A stretch of 49,490 bases of DNA from an uncultured Gammaproteobacteria bacterium (GCA_963934675.1 CAWVZP010000003.1:1-49490), one strand, 5' to 3'. Positions 11,817 to 22,621 are shown, counted from the stretch's first letter. A program made the numbers and translations. Notes: generated by a model from the sequence alone, not told the origin.

Positions 11817-13925
11817 GTGAATCCAATTAAAAAGACATTTCAGTACGGCGTACATGAAGTTACGCTGGAAACCGGTGAGATAGCCCGTCAAGCGGGTGGT
11901 GCTGTTCTTGTCAACATGGCGGATACTATTGTAATGGTAACCGTAGTAGGAATGAAAAAGGCCGACCCGAGTCGACCTTTTTTTCCATTAACAGTTGACT
12001 ACATTGAAAAGACTTATGCCGCTGGTAAGATTCCGGGCGGATTTTTCAAGCGTGAAGGTCGTCCAAGCGAAAAGGAGACTTTAACTTGTCGCCTGATTGA
12101 TCGACCTATCCGACCATTGTTTCCAAAAGGATTCATGAACGAAGTTCAAGTCGTTGCAACTGTTATTTCAATGAACACCGATATCGATCCTGATATTCCA
12201 GCTTTAATTGGTGCTTCTGCAGCCATCTCTATTTCTGGTCTGCCATTCAATGGCCCGATTGGTGCTGCAAGAATTGGTTATAAGGATGGTGAATATATTT
12301 TAAATCCTAGCATCAGCGAATTGGTCGACTCAGATCTTGATTTGGTTGTTGCCGGTACAGACAAAGCGGTATTAATGGTTGAATCTGAAGCCAATCGTTT
12401 GTCAGAAGAAGTTATGTTGGGATCAGTCGTTTATGGTCATGAGCAACTCCAAACTGTGGTTCAGGCAATCAAAGAATTTAGTGCTGAAGTGAATACCACT
12501 CCGTGGGAATGGGCTGCACCAGAAGCAGATTTATCGTTGGCTGATTTAGTCAGCAATCAATCAACAGCTGCTATTACCGAAGCTTATGCTATCGCTGACA
12601 AATTAGATCGTCAGGATAAGTTGTCAGCTGTTCGAAGCGATGCTGTTGCTGCGTTAGTTAGTGACGTAGAAGGTTCACCAAGTGAGTCAGCCGTTCGTGA
12701 AGCTTTTGGCAAACTAGAAAAGAAAATTGTTCGAGACAGAATTATCTCTGGTGAAAGGCGTATTGACGGACGTGATACACGTACCGTTCGCCCGATTGCA
12801 ATCCGCACTGGTTTATTACCACGAACCCACGGCTCAGCTCTTTTCACTCGGGGTGAGACTCAGGCCATTGTGGTAACAACTCTGGGAACGGGTCGTGACG
12901 CTCAAATTATTGACGCAATCGAAGGCACGCGTAAAGAAAATTTTATGATGCACTACAACTTCCCACCATCAAGTGTTGGTGAATGTGGTCGTGTTGGTAC
13001 GCCTAAGCGTCGAGAAATTGGTCACGGTCGTTTAGCCAAACGTGGCGTACAAGCGGTAATGCCATCAGTCGATGATTTTCCTTATGTCATTCGAGTGGTA
13101 GCAGAAATTACTGAATCAAATGGTTCATCATCAATGGCTAGTGTCTGTGGCGCAAGTCTATCTATGATGGATGCAGGTGTACCACTAAAATCACCCGTTG
13201 CCGGCATTGCTATGGGCCTAATTAAAGAAGATGCGGGTTTTGCCGTACTGTCTGATATTTTAGGTGATGAAGATCATCTAGGTGACATGGATTTCAAAGT
13301 AGCGGGCACTACCGATGGCATCACTGCTTTGCAAATGGATATTAAGATCGACGGTATCACTACCGAAATTATGCAAAAAGCCCTTGAGCAAGCTAAAGAT
13401 GGTCGTTTGTTTATCCTTGATGAAATGTCTAAGGTTATTACTCAAGGCCGTGAAGAAATGTCAGAATTTGCGCCACGTTTGGTTACTTTTAAGATTAACC
13501 CAGAAAAAATTCGGGATGTTATTGGTAAAGGTGGATCAACTATCCGCGCCATTACCGAAGAAACGGGTGCTAGCATCGAAATTGACGACGATGGCATAGT
13601 TAAAATTGCATCGGTAGAGAAAGCAGCTGGTGATGAAGCCAGACGCAGAGTCGAGATGGTTATTGCTGAAGTAGAAGTTGGAACTATCTACGAAGGTAAG
13701 GTTGCTAAAATCATGGATTTCGGTGCATTCGTCAACATCTTGCCTGGTAAAGATGGACTGGTCCATATTTCGCAAATTTCTGATGAGCGCGTCGAGAACG
13801 TCAGCGACAAGCTAAAAGAAGGCGACATGGTTAAAGTTAAAGTACTAGAAGTGGATCGTCAGGGTCGAATCCGATTGAGTATGAAAGCCGTTACCGAAGA
13901 TGTTGCAGCCGAGACTCCTGAATAG
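11817..13925 (+). CDS. pnp: Polyribonucleotide nucleotidyltransferase (PNPase)
   Basis: [46 protein letters not shown] and S1 domains; GTG start. Confidence 0.99.
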   Translation: MNPIKKTFQYGVHEVTLETGEIARQAGGAVLVNMADTIVMVTVVGMKKADPSRPFFPLTVDYIEKTYAAGKIPGGFFKREGRPSEKETLTCRLIDRPIRPLFPKGFMNEVQVVATVISMNTDIDPDIPALIGASAAISISGLPFNGPIGAARIGYKDGEYILNPSISELVDSDLDLVVAGTDKAVLMVESEANRLSEEVMLGSVVYGHEQLQTVVQAIKEFSAEVNTTPWEWAAPEADLSLADLVSNQSTAAITEAYAIADKLDRQDKLSAVRSDAVAALVSDVEGSPSESAVREAFGKLEKKIVRDRIISGERRIDGRDTRTVRPIAIRTGLLPRTHGSALFTRGETQAIVVTTLGTGRDAQIIDAIEGTRKENFMMHYNFPPSSVGECGRVGTPKRREIGHGRLAKRGVQAVMPSVDDFPYVIRVVAEITESNGSSSMASVCGASLSMMDAGVPLKSPVAGIAMGLIKEDAGFAVLSDILGDEDHLGDMDFKVAGTTDGITALQMDIKIDGITTEIMQKALEQAKDGRLFILDEMSKVITQGREEMSEFAPRLVTFKINPEKIRDVIGKGGSTIRAITEETGASIEIDDDGIVKIASVEKAAGDEARRRVEMVIAEVEVGTIYEGKVAKIMDFGAFVNILPGKDGLVHISQISDERVENVSDKLKEGDMVKVKVLEVDRQGRIRLSMKAVTEDVAAETPE

Positions 13926-13953
13926 GATCAAATCTGTTTCTTCAAAAATAAGG

Positions 13954-13983
13954 AAAGGGCGCTTCGATTGCGCCCTTTTTTTT
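13954..13983 (+). terminator. Rho-independent terminator after pnp
   Basis: AAAGGGCGC-ttcgatt-GCGCCC followed by 8 T. Confidence 0.9.
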
Positions 13984-14149
13984 GCGGTTAATTAATAATT
14001 AGATTTCGAGTTTTAGTGAACTTTTATGAGGGATCAAAATTCAAGGTTTTAACCTTGGTGCATTAATCGCAGATAGGGTCAGGGTTTTTGTGTGTTTAGA
14101 TGTATAGGGTATTAGTAGAGAGCACTGATGTTAATCAGTCGTTGTTTTC

Positions 14150-14362
14150 CTAAAGTAACTTAAACATAGTGCCACAATAGGGGCACTTCGATTCTCCACC
14201 ATTTTCCTTTACTGGGATATAAACTTTCGGGTGTGAGTTCCATAAGCTAGTGCCTTCGACAGGACAATGAATTGGTAAGTCGCCAGCTTTCACTTCGATA
14301 GCATTTTTTGAGTTTGGTTGAGAATAACCATTTTGATTTGCTGCTGTATCAGGGTTGACCAT
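14150..14362 (-). CDS. Small zinc-finger protein (zf-CHCC-like)
   Basis: HCP...WNSHPKVY...CPYCG Cys/His pattern; usual neighbour downstream of ilvE. Confidence 0.85.
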   Translation of the reverse strand: MVNPDTAANQNGYSQPNSKNAIEVKAGDLPIHCPVEGTSLWNSHPKVYIPVKENGGESKCPYCGTMFKLL

Positions 14363-14370
14363 TCTATTCT

Positions 14371-15297
14371 CTATGGGTTTGTGAAAGTTAATAAGTCGAG
14401 ATGTTTTTCGTTCCGACCATGTACTAAATCAAAGTAATCTTTTTGTAATTGCTCTGTAATTGGGCCTCTACTACCTAAACCAATTGAACGATTGTCAAGT
14501 TCACTAATCGGTGTTACTTCCGCAGCCGTCCCTGTGAAGAAGGCTTCGTCTGCTATATATACTTCATCTCGTGTCAGTCTTTTTTCAACTATTGGGTATC
14601 CAGCATCTTTGGCCAACGTAAAAAGAGTTTTACGGGTAATACCGTTTAAGGCTGAAGTCACCTCTGGCGTGTAGATGACGCCATCACGAATGACAAAAAC
14701 ATTTTCACCACTGCCTTCGGCAACATAGCCTTCGGGATCGAGAAGCAAGGCTTCGTCATAGCCATCTTTTAAAGCTTCGCTCAAAGCCATCATTGAGTTG
14801 ATATACTGACCATTGGCTTTTGCTTTGGTGGCGGCAATATTGACGTGATGACGAGTGTAAGAGGATGTTTTAACACGAATGCCCTTTTCCAGTGCCTCTT
14901 TTCCGAGATAAGCCCCCCATTCCCAGGCGGCTACAATGCAGTGGACAGTTAAATTATCGGCGCGTATGCCCATACCCTCTGAGCCATAAAAACACATAGG
15001 TCGTATATAGGCGCTTTCAAGGTTGTTATCACGCACGGCAGCAATTTGAGCCTGTTTGATTTGCTGCGGAGTATAGGGCATAGCCATATCTAAAATCTTG
15101 CAAGAATCGAACAGACGACGAGTATGTGCTTCTAGTGCAAAAATAGCGGTTCCCTGATCAGTTTTATAGGCCCGAACACCTTCAAAGCAACCCATTCCAT
15201 AATGTAATGTGTGGGTTAATACATGGACGTTAGCTTCTCGCCAAGGAACCATTTCTCCATCAAACCATATAAGACCATCACGATCGGCCATTGACAT
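14371..15297 (-). CDS. ilvE: Branched-chain amino acid aminotransferase
   Basis: HTLHYGMGCFEGVRAY, AKANGQY with PLP lysine, EGSGEN, LNGITR, FFTGTAAE. Confidence 0.97.
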   Translation of the reverse strand: MSMADRDGLIWFDGEMVPWREANVHVLTHTLHYGMGCFEGVRAYKTDQGTAIFALEAHTRRLFDSCKILDMAMPYTPQQIKQAQIAAVRDNNLESAYIRPMCFYGSEGMGIRADNLTVHCIVAAWEWGAYLGKEALEKGIRVKTSSYTRHHVNIAATKAKANGQYINSMMALSEALKDGYDEALLLDPEGYVAEGSGENVFVIRDGVIYTPEVTSALNGITRKTLFTLAKDAGYPIVEKRLTRDEVYIADEAFFTGTAAEVTPISELDNRSIGLGSRGPITEQLQKDYFDLVHGRNEKHLDLLTFTNP

Positions 15298-15316
15298 TGC
15301 GTTTACTCCAAACTGC

Positions 15317-18142
15317 TTAGCTGAAACATTCGTTCCAGCAATTGTTAACGTGTTCGACTGCCGCTGCGATTTTTATGCTAGCGATCTCAGCCGGATTATT
15401 TTGTAGTACGGTCCTATGTAACCAACGATGGTATGTTTCATAAGTAATTACCAGTTTTGACTGTTGACTGGAGATAAGGTTTAACTGAAACAGCTCATTA
15501 ATAATACTAATATTATCAGAATATGCTGAAATGGAGCTAACTTTATTTGCATGCAGTAACGCCCAGTATTGAACCATGAACTCGATATCGACCATACAGC
15601 CTTTGGAATATTTCAAGTTGTAAAAGTGCTCTATTTTTTGTGGTTTGTTCTGATTGATTTTAGCTCTCATCTTGGTGATTTCTTTTTTCAATTTTTGTGG
15701 ATCACGCTCGATGGAAAGAATTTTCTGGCGCATTTCCTGAAAGTTTAATTTGAGTCTTGGGCTTCCGCCGACATGCCTTGCGCGAACCAGCGCCTGGTGT
15801 TCCCAAGTCCAGGCCTTTGTTAGTTGGTATTGAAGATAGGCGTGATCTGATGTGACGAGTAATCCAGAGGCGCCTTCGGGTCTTAGTCGTGAGTCGATCT
15901 CATACAACGTACCGGCACTTGTCAGGATGCTAGTCATCGAAATTATTTTTTGTGCGAGTCGGGAGAAGTAAACGCTATTGTCGAGGCTCTTTTTCCCATT
16001 TGTGATTGAATTACTCGCCGTCGAGTCATGCAGGAAAATTAAATCGAGATCCGACTGATAGTGCATCTCGTTTCCACCCAGCTTGCCGTAACCAATAATT
16101 GCAAAATTTGCTTCTCGAACAACGCCCTCAACAGTACATTGCGGCTGGCCATACTGGTTTTGTAGGGTTGCACTCGCCAACTCATAAACAGCGTGTAACA
16201 CCACTTCGGCGAGTTCTGTTAAATATTGGCAAACGGTTAACGGAGTAATTTGCTCTGACAATTCGGCGATGGCAATGACGATGGTTTGCTCACGCTTAAA
16301 GAGGCGCAAACTATCTAGCTCTAGTTCGGTATCACCGGCCACGTTTTTCAGTTGAATTTGTAGGTTGTTTGCTATCGTTTCTCGGTCGAATTTATCTTCG
16401 TTGTCATCGGGCTGAATTAAGCACTCTAATAAGATGGGATACCGCGCCACTTCCTGAGCGATCCATTCACTGCTATCAAACAGATGAACCAGCTTATTGA
16501 GCAAATGACCGTTTTGGTGGAGTAATTCGAAATAGACGCTACGACCGGCGATTGATGAAAACAGGTTGAGCAGTCTACTGAACAAAGTGAGGTGGTCTTT
16601 AGATTGACTAACTGATTTTAAAAGGTCGGGCAACAGGGCCGAAAATCGTTGTTTCGCTTTTGCCGACATAAACCCCCAGGCTTTCGATGTGAAAAAACCA
16701 GTGAGCTTTAAGTTAATTTCTGCCGTATGGTTCAGCTCATAAGATGCTAGCAATTCAATTTGCTGTTCATCTGATTGTTCTTCACTGAAAACATCTGAAA
16801 AGGTGACTTCCAGCTCGATCGGTGTTTCGCGTTTGAAGAGTTCTGTGAAGTGATAACTAACTTTGGTTCTGTGCTCATCTAGTTTGTTTTGAACTGATAG
16901 CCAGTCTGTCAAATTCAGGGTGTAAGCAATTCGTTGTTGAATTAGTTGATTTTGGGGGCAGCTATGTGATTGCTCGTCGGCCATCATTTGTATTTTGTTT
17001 TCTAACTGGCGTAAGAATACATAAGCTTCGCGTAATTCTTCAATGTTTTCTGAGGGTATGATATTTTGCGTCTGCAAGATGTCGAAACAGGTGAAAATTT
17101 GTTGGCTCTGTAATCGATTATTGCGACCCCCTTTTAATATCTGGAATGCCTGCACAAAGAACTCGATCTCTCGTATGCCACCATTGCCGACTTTAATATT
17201 ATCCTGCATATTTTTCGATCTGGCCTGGCGGTCTATTTGATCTTTGAGGCCTGCTAATCCTTCGAAAACACGATAATCATGATATTTACGAAAGACGAAA
17301 GGTTTTAGAATTGACTGAATGAACAGCTTGTCACTATTACTACCGGTGATTATTCTGGCCTTTACCATGGCATATTGCTCCCACTCTCGACCGTGTAGTT
17401 GGTAGTAGTGTTCCAACGCCAAATGATGGAGTGCGACAGGTCCAGAGCTGCCCCAGGGCCTTAGCCTGAGATCGACACGGTAGACAAAACCATCTTCAGT
17501 CGTGTCGTTCAGAAGTTTAGTAAACAGTCTGACGACGCGGGTAAAAAATTCTTGGTAGGCAAGGTGACCGTAACCTGCCAGATCACCTTCATTGGTGTAA
17601 CTGCAAATCAAATCGATATCGGAGGAAAAGTTTAGTTCTCGCCCTCCTAGTTTTCCCATTGCAATAATGTTGAGTGTTATCGGATTACCATCAGTATCAA
17701 CTGGTTGGCCGTGTTTTGTAACCAGCTGTTTTTCAGCTGCTGCCAGGGCACAGCGAATCATTTGGTCCGCTAAATTACTAAGATGGCGTAAGACGGTCTT
17801 TAGTGGAATGTTGTGGATGACATCGAGATAAATGATTTCGACCAATTTGGCATGACGATGAAGGCGAAGGATTTTTTGAATTTTAGTGATTTCTTGCGCT
17901 TGTTCACAGGCTTTATAGAGTTCAATCTGATTAAGATCGAACTGTTTTAGCTGATGAAGATTGCCTAATAGGGCAGGGGTACGACAGATTTGATTCAGTG
18001 CGTAAGTGCTTGAAATAGCCAGACGTTGAATGTTGTTGTTGAAATGGACTTCGAATGAATTGTTCTGAGCCTGAAGCAATGTTTGTAGTTGCATCCAGGC
18101 ATATTGGTCATCTTTGAGTAAGTGTGAAAGCTTTACAGGCAT
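15317..18142 (-). CDS. glnE: Bifunctional glutamine synthetase adenylyltransferase/adenylyl-removase
   Basis: Two nucleotidyltransferase domains (MGKLGGRELNFSSDIDL...VDLRLRPWG; YGKLGGNEMHYQSDLDL...IDSRLRPEG); ATG 18142 preceded by GGAAGG. Confidence 0.96.
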   Translation of the reverse strand: MPVKLSHLLKDDQYAWMQLQTLLQAQNNSFEVHFNNNIQRLAISSTYALNQICRTPALLGNLHQLKQFDLNQIELYKACEQAQEITKIQKILRLHRHAKLVEIIYLDVIHNIPLKTVLRHLSNLADQMIRCALAAAEKQLVTKHGQPVDTDGNPITLNIIAMGKLGGRELNFSSDIDLICSYTNEGDLAGYGHLAYQEFFTRVVRLFTKLLNDTTEDGFVYRVDLRLRPWGSSGPVALHHLALEHYYQLHGREWEQYAMVKARIITGSNSDKLFIQSILKPFVFRKYHDYRVFEGLAGLKDQIDRQARSKNMQDNIKVGNGGIREIEFFVQAFQILKGGRNNRLQSQQIFTCFDILQTQNIIPSENIEELREAYVFLRQLENKIQMMADEQSHSCPQNQLIQQRIAYTLNLTDWLSVQNKLDEHRTKVSYHFTELFKRETPIELEVTFSDVFSEEQSDEQQIELLASYELNHTAEINLKLTGFFTSKAWGFMSAKAKQRFSALLPDLLKSVSQSKDHLTLFSRLLNLFSSIAGRSVYFELLHQNGHLLNKLVHLFDSSEWIAQEVARYPILLECLIQPDDNEDKFDRETIANNLQIQLKNVAGDTELELDSLRLFKREQTIVIAIAELSEQITPLTVCQYLTELAEVVLHAVYELASATLQNQYGQPQCTVEGVVREANFAIIGYGKLGGNEMHYQSDLDLIFLHDSTASNSITNGKKSLDNSVYFSRLAQKIISMTSILTSAGTLYEIDSRLRPEGASGLLVTSDHAYLQYQLTKAWTWEHQALVRARHVGGSPRLKLNFQEMRQKILSIERDPQKLKKEITKMRAKINQNKPQKIEHFYNLKYSKGCMVDIEFMVQYWALLHANKVSSISAYSDNISIINELFQLNLISSQQSKLVITYETYHRWLHRTVLQNNPAEIASIKIAAAVEHVNNCWNECFS

Positions 18143-18162
18143 TAATTTACCTTCCAATTGTT

Positions 18163-18181
18163 AATGAGAAATATTATCATT
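18163..18181. promoter_or_regulatory. Fur box
   Basis: AATGAGAAATATTATCATT, close to the TGATAATnATTATCA consensus, upstream of an Fe(III) ABC transporter. Confidence 0.8.
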
Positions 18182-18208
18182 TACATTCGTATTCTAATCT
18201 ACTAGAAT
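18180..18208 (+). promoter_or_regulatory. sigma70 promoter of the Fe(III)-binding protein gene
   Basis: TTTACA-17 bp-TAGAAT; the -35 overlaps the Fur box. Confidence 0.7.
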
Positions 18209-18305
18209 AACTTTGTTGTTGGAATTCGGCTCATGGCATTCCTTTTATCAATCCTAATTTATTATTCATTAAAACTTAACTAACCTAAATCGAGAGTTTT
18301 TAAAT

Positions 18306-19328
18306 ATGTACAAGATCAAACTTCCATTGATGGCCAGTGTATTGGCTGTCGTTTTATCCACCAGCGCGCTAGCTGCCGAGGTGAATATTTATTCTGCTCG
18401 CAAAGAGGCTTTGATCAAACCATTGCTTGATAAGTTTAGCGCCGAAACGGGTATCAAAACCAATTTAATTACAGCCAAGGCAGACAAGTTGCTAACGCGC
18501 ATGATTAACGAAGGCCGTAATACCCCTGTGGATCTCTTTATTACCGTCGATGCTGGTCGCTTGCATCGTGCTAAGGAAGCCGACTTGTTACAATCCATCA
18601 ACAATAGCACTATCGAAAAAACGGTGCCTGCCCATCTGCGGGATAGTGATCAATACTGGGTTGGATTGTCTCAACGTGCGCGCGTTATTTTTTATGCAAA
18701 AGATCGAGTGAATCCAGCAGAACTCTCTACTTATGAAGATTTGGCCAATTCAAAATGGCAGAAACGTATTTGTATCCGAGGATCTGGCAATATTTATAAT
18801 CAGTCACTGGTTGCCTCTATGATTGCTGTGAATGGTCAAGCTGAAACTCAAAAGTGGGCGAATGCTTTAGTCGGCAACTTTGCGCGTGATCCTAAAGGTG
18901 GCGATAGAGATCAAATCAAAGCAGCAGCAGCAGGGCAGTGTGATTTGGCTATCGCTAATACTTATTACTATGGCAAAATGTTATCAAGCAAAAAAGATGA
19001 TGGACAAGTTGCAGCGGCTAACAAAATGGGTGTGTTCTGGCCGAACCAATCTGATCGAGGTGTGCATGTGAATATTAGTGGTGCAGGAATCAGTAAGTAT
19101 TCTAAAAACAAAGAGAATGCGATTAAGTTGCTTGAATATCTACTGAGCGACGAAGCCCAGAGCTGGTATGCAAGTGTGAATTATGAGTACCCAGTGAGTC
19201 AGTCGGCAAAGATTAGTGGCTTGGTTGCGCAGTGGGGCGACTTTAAAGCAGATACACTGAACCTATCGAGGTTGGGTCAGTTTAATTCTGATGCGGTTAA
19301 AACAATGGATAAGGCCAGTTGGAAGTAA
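18306..19328 (+). CDS. fbpA: Fe(III) ABC transporter substrate-binding protein (FbpA/FutA/IdiA type)
   Basis: Signal peptide, VNIYSAR, NIYNQSL, GGDRDQI, ANTYYY iron-ligand tyrosines. Confidence 0.93.
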   Translation: MYKIKLPLMASVLAVVLSTSALAAEVNIYSARKEALIKPLLDKFSAETGIKTNLITAKADKLLTRMINEGRNTPVDLFITVDAGRLHRAKEADLLQSINNSTIEKTVPAHLRDSDQYWVGLSQRARVIFYAKDRVNPAELSTYEDLANSKWQKRICIRGSGNIYNQSLVASMIAVNGQAETQKWANALVGNFARDPKGGDRDQIKAAAAGQCDLAIANTYYYGKMLSSKKDDGQVAAANKMGVFWPNQSDRGVHVNISGAGISKYSKNKENAIKLLEYLLSDEAQSWYASVNYEYPVSQSAKISGLVAQWGDFKADTLNLSRLGQFNSDAVKTMDKASWK

Positions 19329-19378
19329 TAATTTTTTAGATGAAGGTATTTATTTTTTGGTGATGGTTAATCAGACCG

Positions 19379-19407
19379 TTGCAACCTATCTGGGTGCGGA
19401 CTATTAT
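19379..19407 (+). promoter_or_regulatory. Putative internal sigma70 promoter for the permease/ATPase genes
   Basis: TTGCAA-17 bp-TATTAT. Confidence 0.5.
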
Positions 19408-19420
19408 CCGCACCCTTTTT
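19392..19420 (+). terminator. Intrinsic terminator between fbpA and fbpB
   Basis: GGGTGCGGA-ctatta-TCCGCACCC-TTTTT: perfect 9-bp stem plus T-tract. Confidence 0.75.
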
Positions 19421-19448
19421 GCGTTTTAGCAATAATGACTTGGTGATT

Positions 19449-21128
19449 ATGGCTTCGAAATCTGTCCATTTATCTCATACGACTTCCTATCGTCGATCAT
19501 GGTTTGATCGATGTTGGCAGCCAGGTATTGTCCTCACCGCACTGATATTCTCGATTCCTATCTTCACTATCGCTGGTTATATTTTTTTACCACCGGGCGA
19601 TATTTGGCAGCACTTGGTTGACACTGTTCTGCTGACTTATTTAATCAACTCAACGTTACTCATGGTTGGCGTTGGATTGGGCACATTATTAATAGGTGTG
19701 AGCTGCGCCTGGTTGACCAGTCTGTGTGAATTTCCAGGCAAAAAACTTTTTGTCTGGTCCTTGTTACTGCCGCTCGCAATGCCTGCCTATATTATTGCGT
19801 ACACTTATACTGGTATGTTTGATTTTGCTGGGCCGGTGCAAACAACGATACGTGACTTAACGGGTTGGGGGTACGGTGATTATTACTTTCCCGAGGTTCG
19901 TTCAATTGGTGGCGCTATTATTATGTTTTCGATGGTACTCTATCCCTATGTTTACTTGATGGCTAGGGCTGCCTTTTTGGAACAATCAGTTTGTGTGATT
20001 GAGGTGAGCCGGACGCTTGGTTGCAATGCTTGGATGAGCTTCTATCGAGTGGCATTGCCGTTGGCGCGGCCGGCTATTGTTGCAGGCTTATCGTTGGCAT
20101 TGATGGAAACTCTGGCTGACTACGGTACGGTGTCTTACTTTGGTTTAGGTGTGTTCACAACAGGTATTTTTAAAGCTTGGTTTGGCCTTGGTGATAGTGG
20201 TGCAGCTGCCAAACTTGCGGCCATTTTATTGTTATTTGTATTTACTCTGGTGATTATCGAAAGAGCGTCACGTAAACGATCGAAGTACCACCATACAACC
20301 AATCGTTATAGCCAGTTACCCCAATATAAGTTGACTGGATTTAAAGCATTGATGGCCTGCCTTGCTTGTTTAATGCCATTACTTTTTGGTTTTTTAGTGC
20401 CCGCTTTTCAGTTGAGCCTGTGGATGCTTGATACCTATTCTGAAATGGTCGACGCCTCGTTTGTTGAATTAACTATTAATACCGTAGCGCTTGGTTTAAG
20501 TGCTGCGGTGTTGGCCGTTGTACTCGCGTTATTTCTCGCTTATGGTAGGCGTATGATCGCTAGTAAGGTGGTTGTTTCATCAATCCGCATTGTCGCAACA
20601 GGTTATGCAATTCCAGGCACCGTAGTGGCTGTCGGCGTGATGATTCCATTTGCTTGGTTCGACAATGCACTTGATAGCTTTATGCGTCAGCAGTTTGATA
20701 TTTCTAGCGGGTTGCTGCTGAGCGGTAGTTTGTTTGCCGTCATGTTTGCTTATCAAGTCCGATTCCTTGCGATTTCAATACAAGCTGTCGAATCTGGGCT
20801 TGGTAAGATACGGCCATCGATGGATGAAGCTGCTCGATCACTCGGGTATAAGCCAACCGATGTTTTATTAAAAATTCACCTGCCTCTGATGAAAGGATCT
20901 GTCTTGACTGCGCTATTAATTGTATTTGTTGACGTCATGAAAGAACTGCCCGCAACGCTCATATTACGCCCGTTTAACTTTAATACACTCGCCATACGCG
21001 CTTACGAGTTAGCCTCGGATGAACGTTTGGCGGACTCATCCAGTGCCGCACTAATGATAGTCGCTGTTGGATTGTTACCTGTTATTCTACTTAGTAAGAG
21101 TATTTCCAGCTCAAGGGTCGGGTCATGA
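19449..21128 (+). CDS. fbpB: Fe(III) ABC transporter permease
   Basis: Two EAA-type loops (IEVSRTLG; MDEAARSLG) and multiple TM helices; ATG 19449 preferred over TTG 19419. Confidence 0.93.
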   Translation: MASKSVHLSHTTSYRRSWFDRCWQPGIVLTALIFSIPIFTIAGYIFLPPGDIWQHLVDTVLLTYLINSTLLMVGVGLGTLLIGVSCAWLTSLCEFPGKKLFVWSLLLPLAMPAYIIAYTYTGMFDFAGPVQTTIRDLTGWGYGDYYFPEVRSIGGAIIMFSMVLYPYVYLMARAAFLEQSVCVIEVSRTLGCNAWMSFYRVALPLARPAIVAGLSLALMETLADYGTVSYFGLGVFTTGIFKAWFGLGDSGAAAKLAAILLLFVFTLVIIERASRKRSKYHHTTNRYSQLPQYKLTGFKALMACLACLMPLLFGFLVPAFQLSLWMLDTYSEMVDASFVELTINTVALGLSAAVLAVVLALFLAYGRRMIASKVVVSSIRIVATGYAIPGTVVAVGVMIPFAWFDNALDSFMRQQFDISSGLLLSGSLFAVMFAYQVRFLAISIQAVESGLGKIRPSMDEAARSLGYKPTDVLLKIHLPLMKGSVLTALLIVFVDVMKELPATLILRPFNFNTLAIRAYELASDERLADSSSAALMIVAVGLLPVILLSKSISSSRVGS

Positions 21129-22201
21129 CGTCGCAACTCAAAATTAAAAATTTAGATGTTTTCTATGGTGATTACCAAGCACTGCATCAACTGTCGTTTA
21201 CCCTTGAACCGGGTAAAATTGGCTGTATGCTGGGTCCAAGTGGGTGTGGAAAAACCACAGTTTTACGTGCCATCGCTGGGTTCGAAGCGGTAACGAGTGG
21301 CAGTATTTTAATTGATCGACGAGAAGTCAGTGCTGCGCGCTTTAGCCTTCCACCAGAGATGCGCAATATCGGCATGGTATTTCAAGACTTTGCGTTATTT
21401 CCGAACATGTCGGTGGCTGATAATATTCGCTTTGGATTGAGGCTATGGAAGCCCAAGGAGCAAAAAATCCGCGTCCAGGAATTGCTCGCGATGATTGGCA
21501 TGCCGGCTTATGGTCAGGCCTTTCCTCACCAATTGTCGGGTGGTCAGCAGCAACGCATTGCTTTGGCTCGTGCGATGGCACCTAAACCCGGCATATTACT
21601 AATGGACGAACCCTTCTCAAGCATGGATGTTGAACTCCGCGAACAGTTGTGCCGTGAAGTCCGAGATATTCTCAATCAGGAAAATATTACAGCAATTTTG
21701 GTCACCCATGATCAATTCGAAGCCTTCGCTATGGCTGACGAAATATGTGTCATGAATGATGGAAAGATAGAGCAACAGGGCTCAGGGTATAATTTGTACC
21801 ACCGACCGAAAAACCGCTTTGTTGCTGATTTTATCGGGCAGGGTGTGATTATTCCTGGCACGGTGAAAGAGGATAATAAAGTCCATACGGAGCTAGGTGT
21901 AATTGCGGGTAATGAGTTAGAGGACAGTCAACCAGGAGATGCTGTAGATGTACTCATCCGTCCGGACGATGTGATTCATGACGACAACTCTGCAGATACA
22001 GCCATTGTTGTTGATAAATCGTTTCGTGGATCTGAATTTCTTTATTATCTGCGCATGGATAGCGGTATTGAAGTATTATGCTTGGCGCCGAGTCACCATG
22101 ATCACCCCATTAACGAGCGAATTGGTATTCAACTCAATGTCGATCATCTTGTTATATTTGATCGAAAACACACGATTGAAAATAAAATCTACTCAGAATA
22201 A
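21125..22201 (+). CDS. fbpC: Fe(III) ABC transporter ATP-binding protein
   Basis: GPSGCGKT Walker A, LSGGQQQR signature, MDEPFS, TOBE-like C-terminus; ATGA overlap with the permease. Confidence 0.92.
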   Translation: MTSQLKIKNLDVFYGDYQALHQLSFTLEPGKIGCMLGPSGCGKTTVLRAIAGFEAVTSGSILIDRREVSAARFSLPPEMRNIGMVFQDFALFPNMSVADNIRFGLRLWKPKEQKIRVQELLAMIGMPAYGQAFPHQLSGGQQQRIALARAMAPKPGILLMDEPFSSMDVELREQLCREVRDILNQENITAILVTHDQFEAFAMADEICVMNDGKIEQQGSGYNLYHRPKNRFVADFIGQGVIIPGTVKEDNKVHTELGVIAGNELEDSQPGDAVDVLIRPDDVIHDDNSADTAIVVDKSFRGSEFLYYLRMDSGIEVLCLAPSHHDHPINERIGIQLNVDHLVIFDRKHTIENKIYSE

Positions 22202-22246
22202 TAACGCAACGTAATACGGCTGAGTACCTCAATAGAGTGATACAAA

Positions 22247-22621
22247 ATGTTAACTAAAATAATTGTCACTCTAGCCGTAATTGTCGGTTGTCTTTGGTTC
22301 GCATCATCGAAGCGCAATCAAGAGTTGCAACCGGTACAAAGAAAAATAGGCAAGAAAGAAAGTGAGAGAAAGCTGCTGCTGACTAGAAGTGCTTTTGCTT
22401 TTATGTTTTTGATGGTACTAGCGGCAGGTGTAATTGTGTTTTACGAATTACAGGACGATTATGAAACCGTCACCGTGCACGTTATTAATTCAGAAACGAA
22501 TGCTCGAACAAGTTACCAAGCGCAGCGTCAGGATGTCACGCAAGATAGTTTTACAACGCTCGAAGGACGTCAGGTTTTTGTGGCAGACATCGAACGTGTA
22601 GAGATGGAATCAACCAAATAA
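22247..22621 (+). CDS. Hypothetical membrane protein (two TM helices plus small soluble domain)
   Basis: 124-aa ORF filling the gap; two hydrophobic segments flank a basic loop. Confidence 0.75.
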   Translation: MLTKIIVTLAVIVGCLWFASSKRNQELQPVQRKIGKKESERKLLLTRSAFAFMFLMVLAAGVIVFYELQDDYETVTVHVINSETNARTSYQAQRQDVTQDSFTTLEGRQVFVADIERVEMESTK

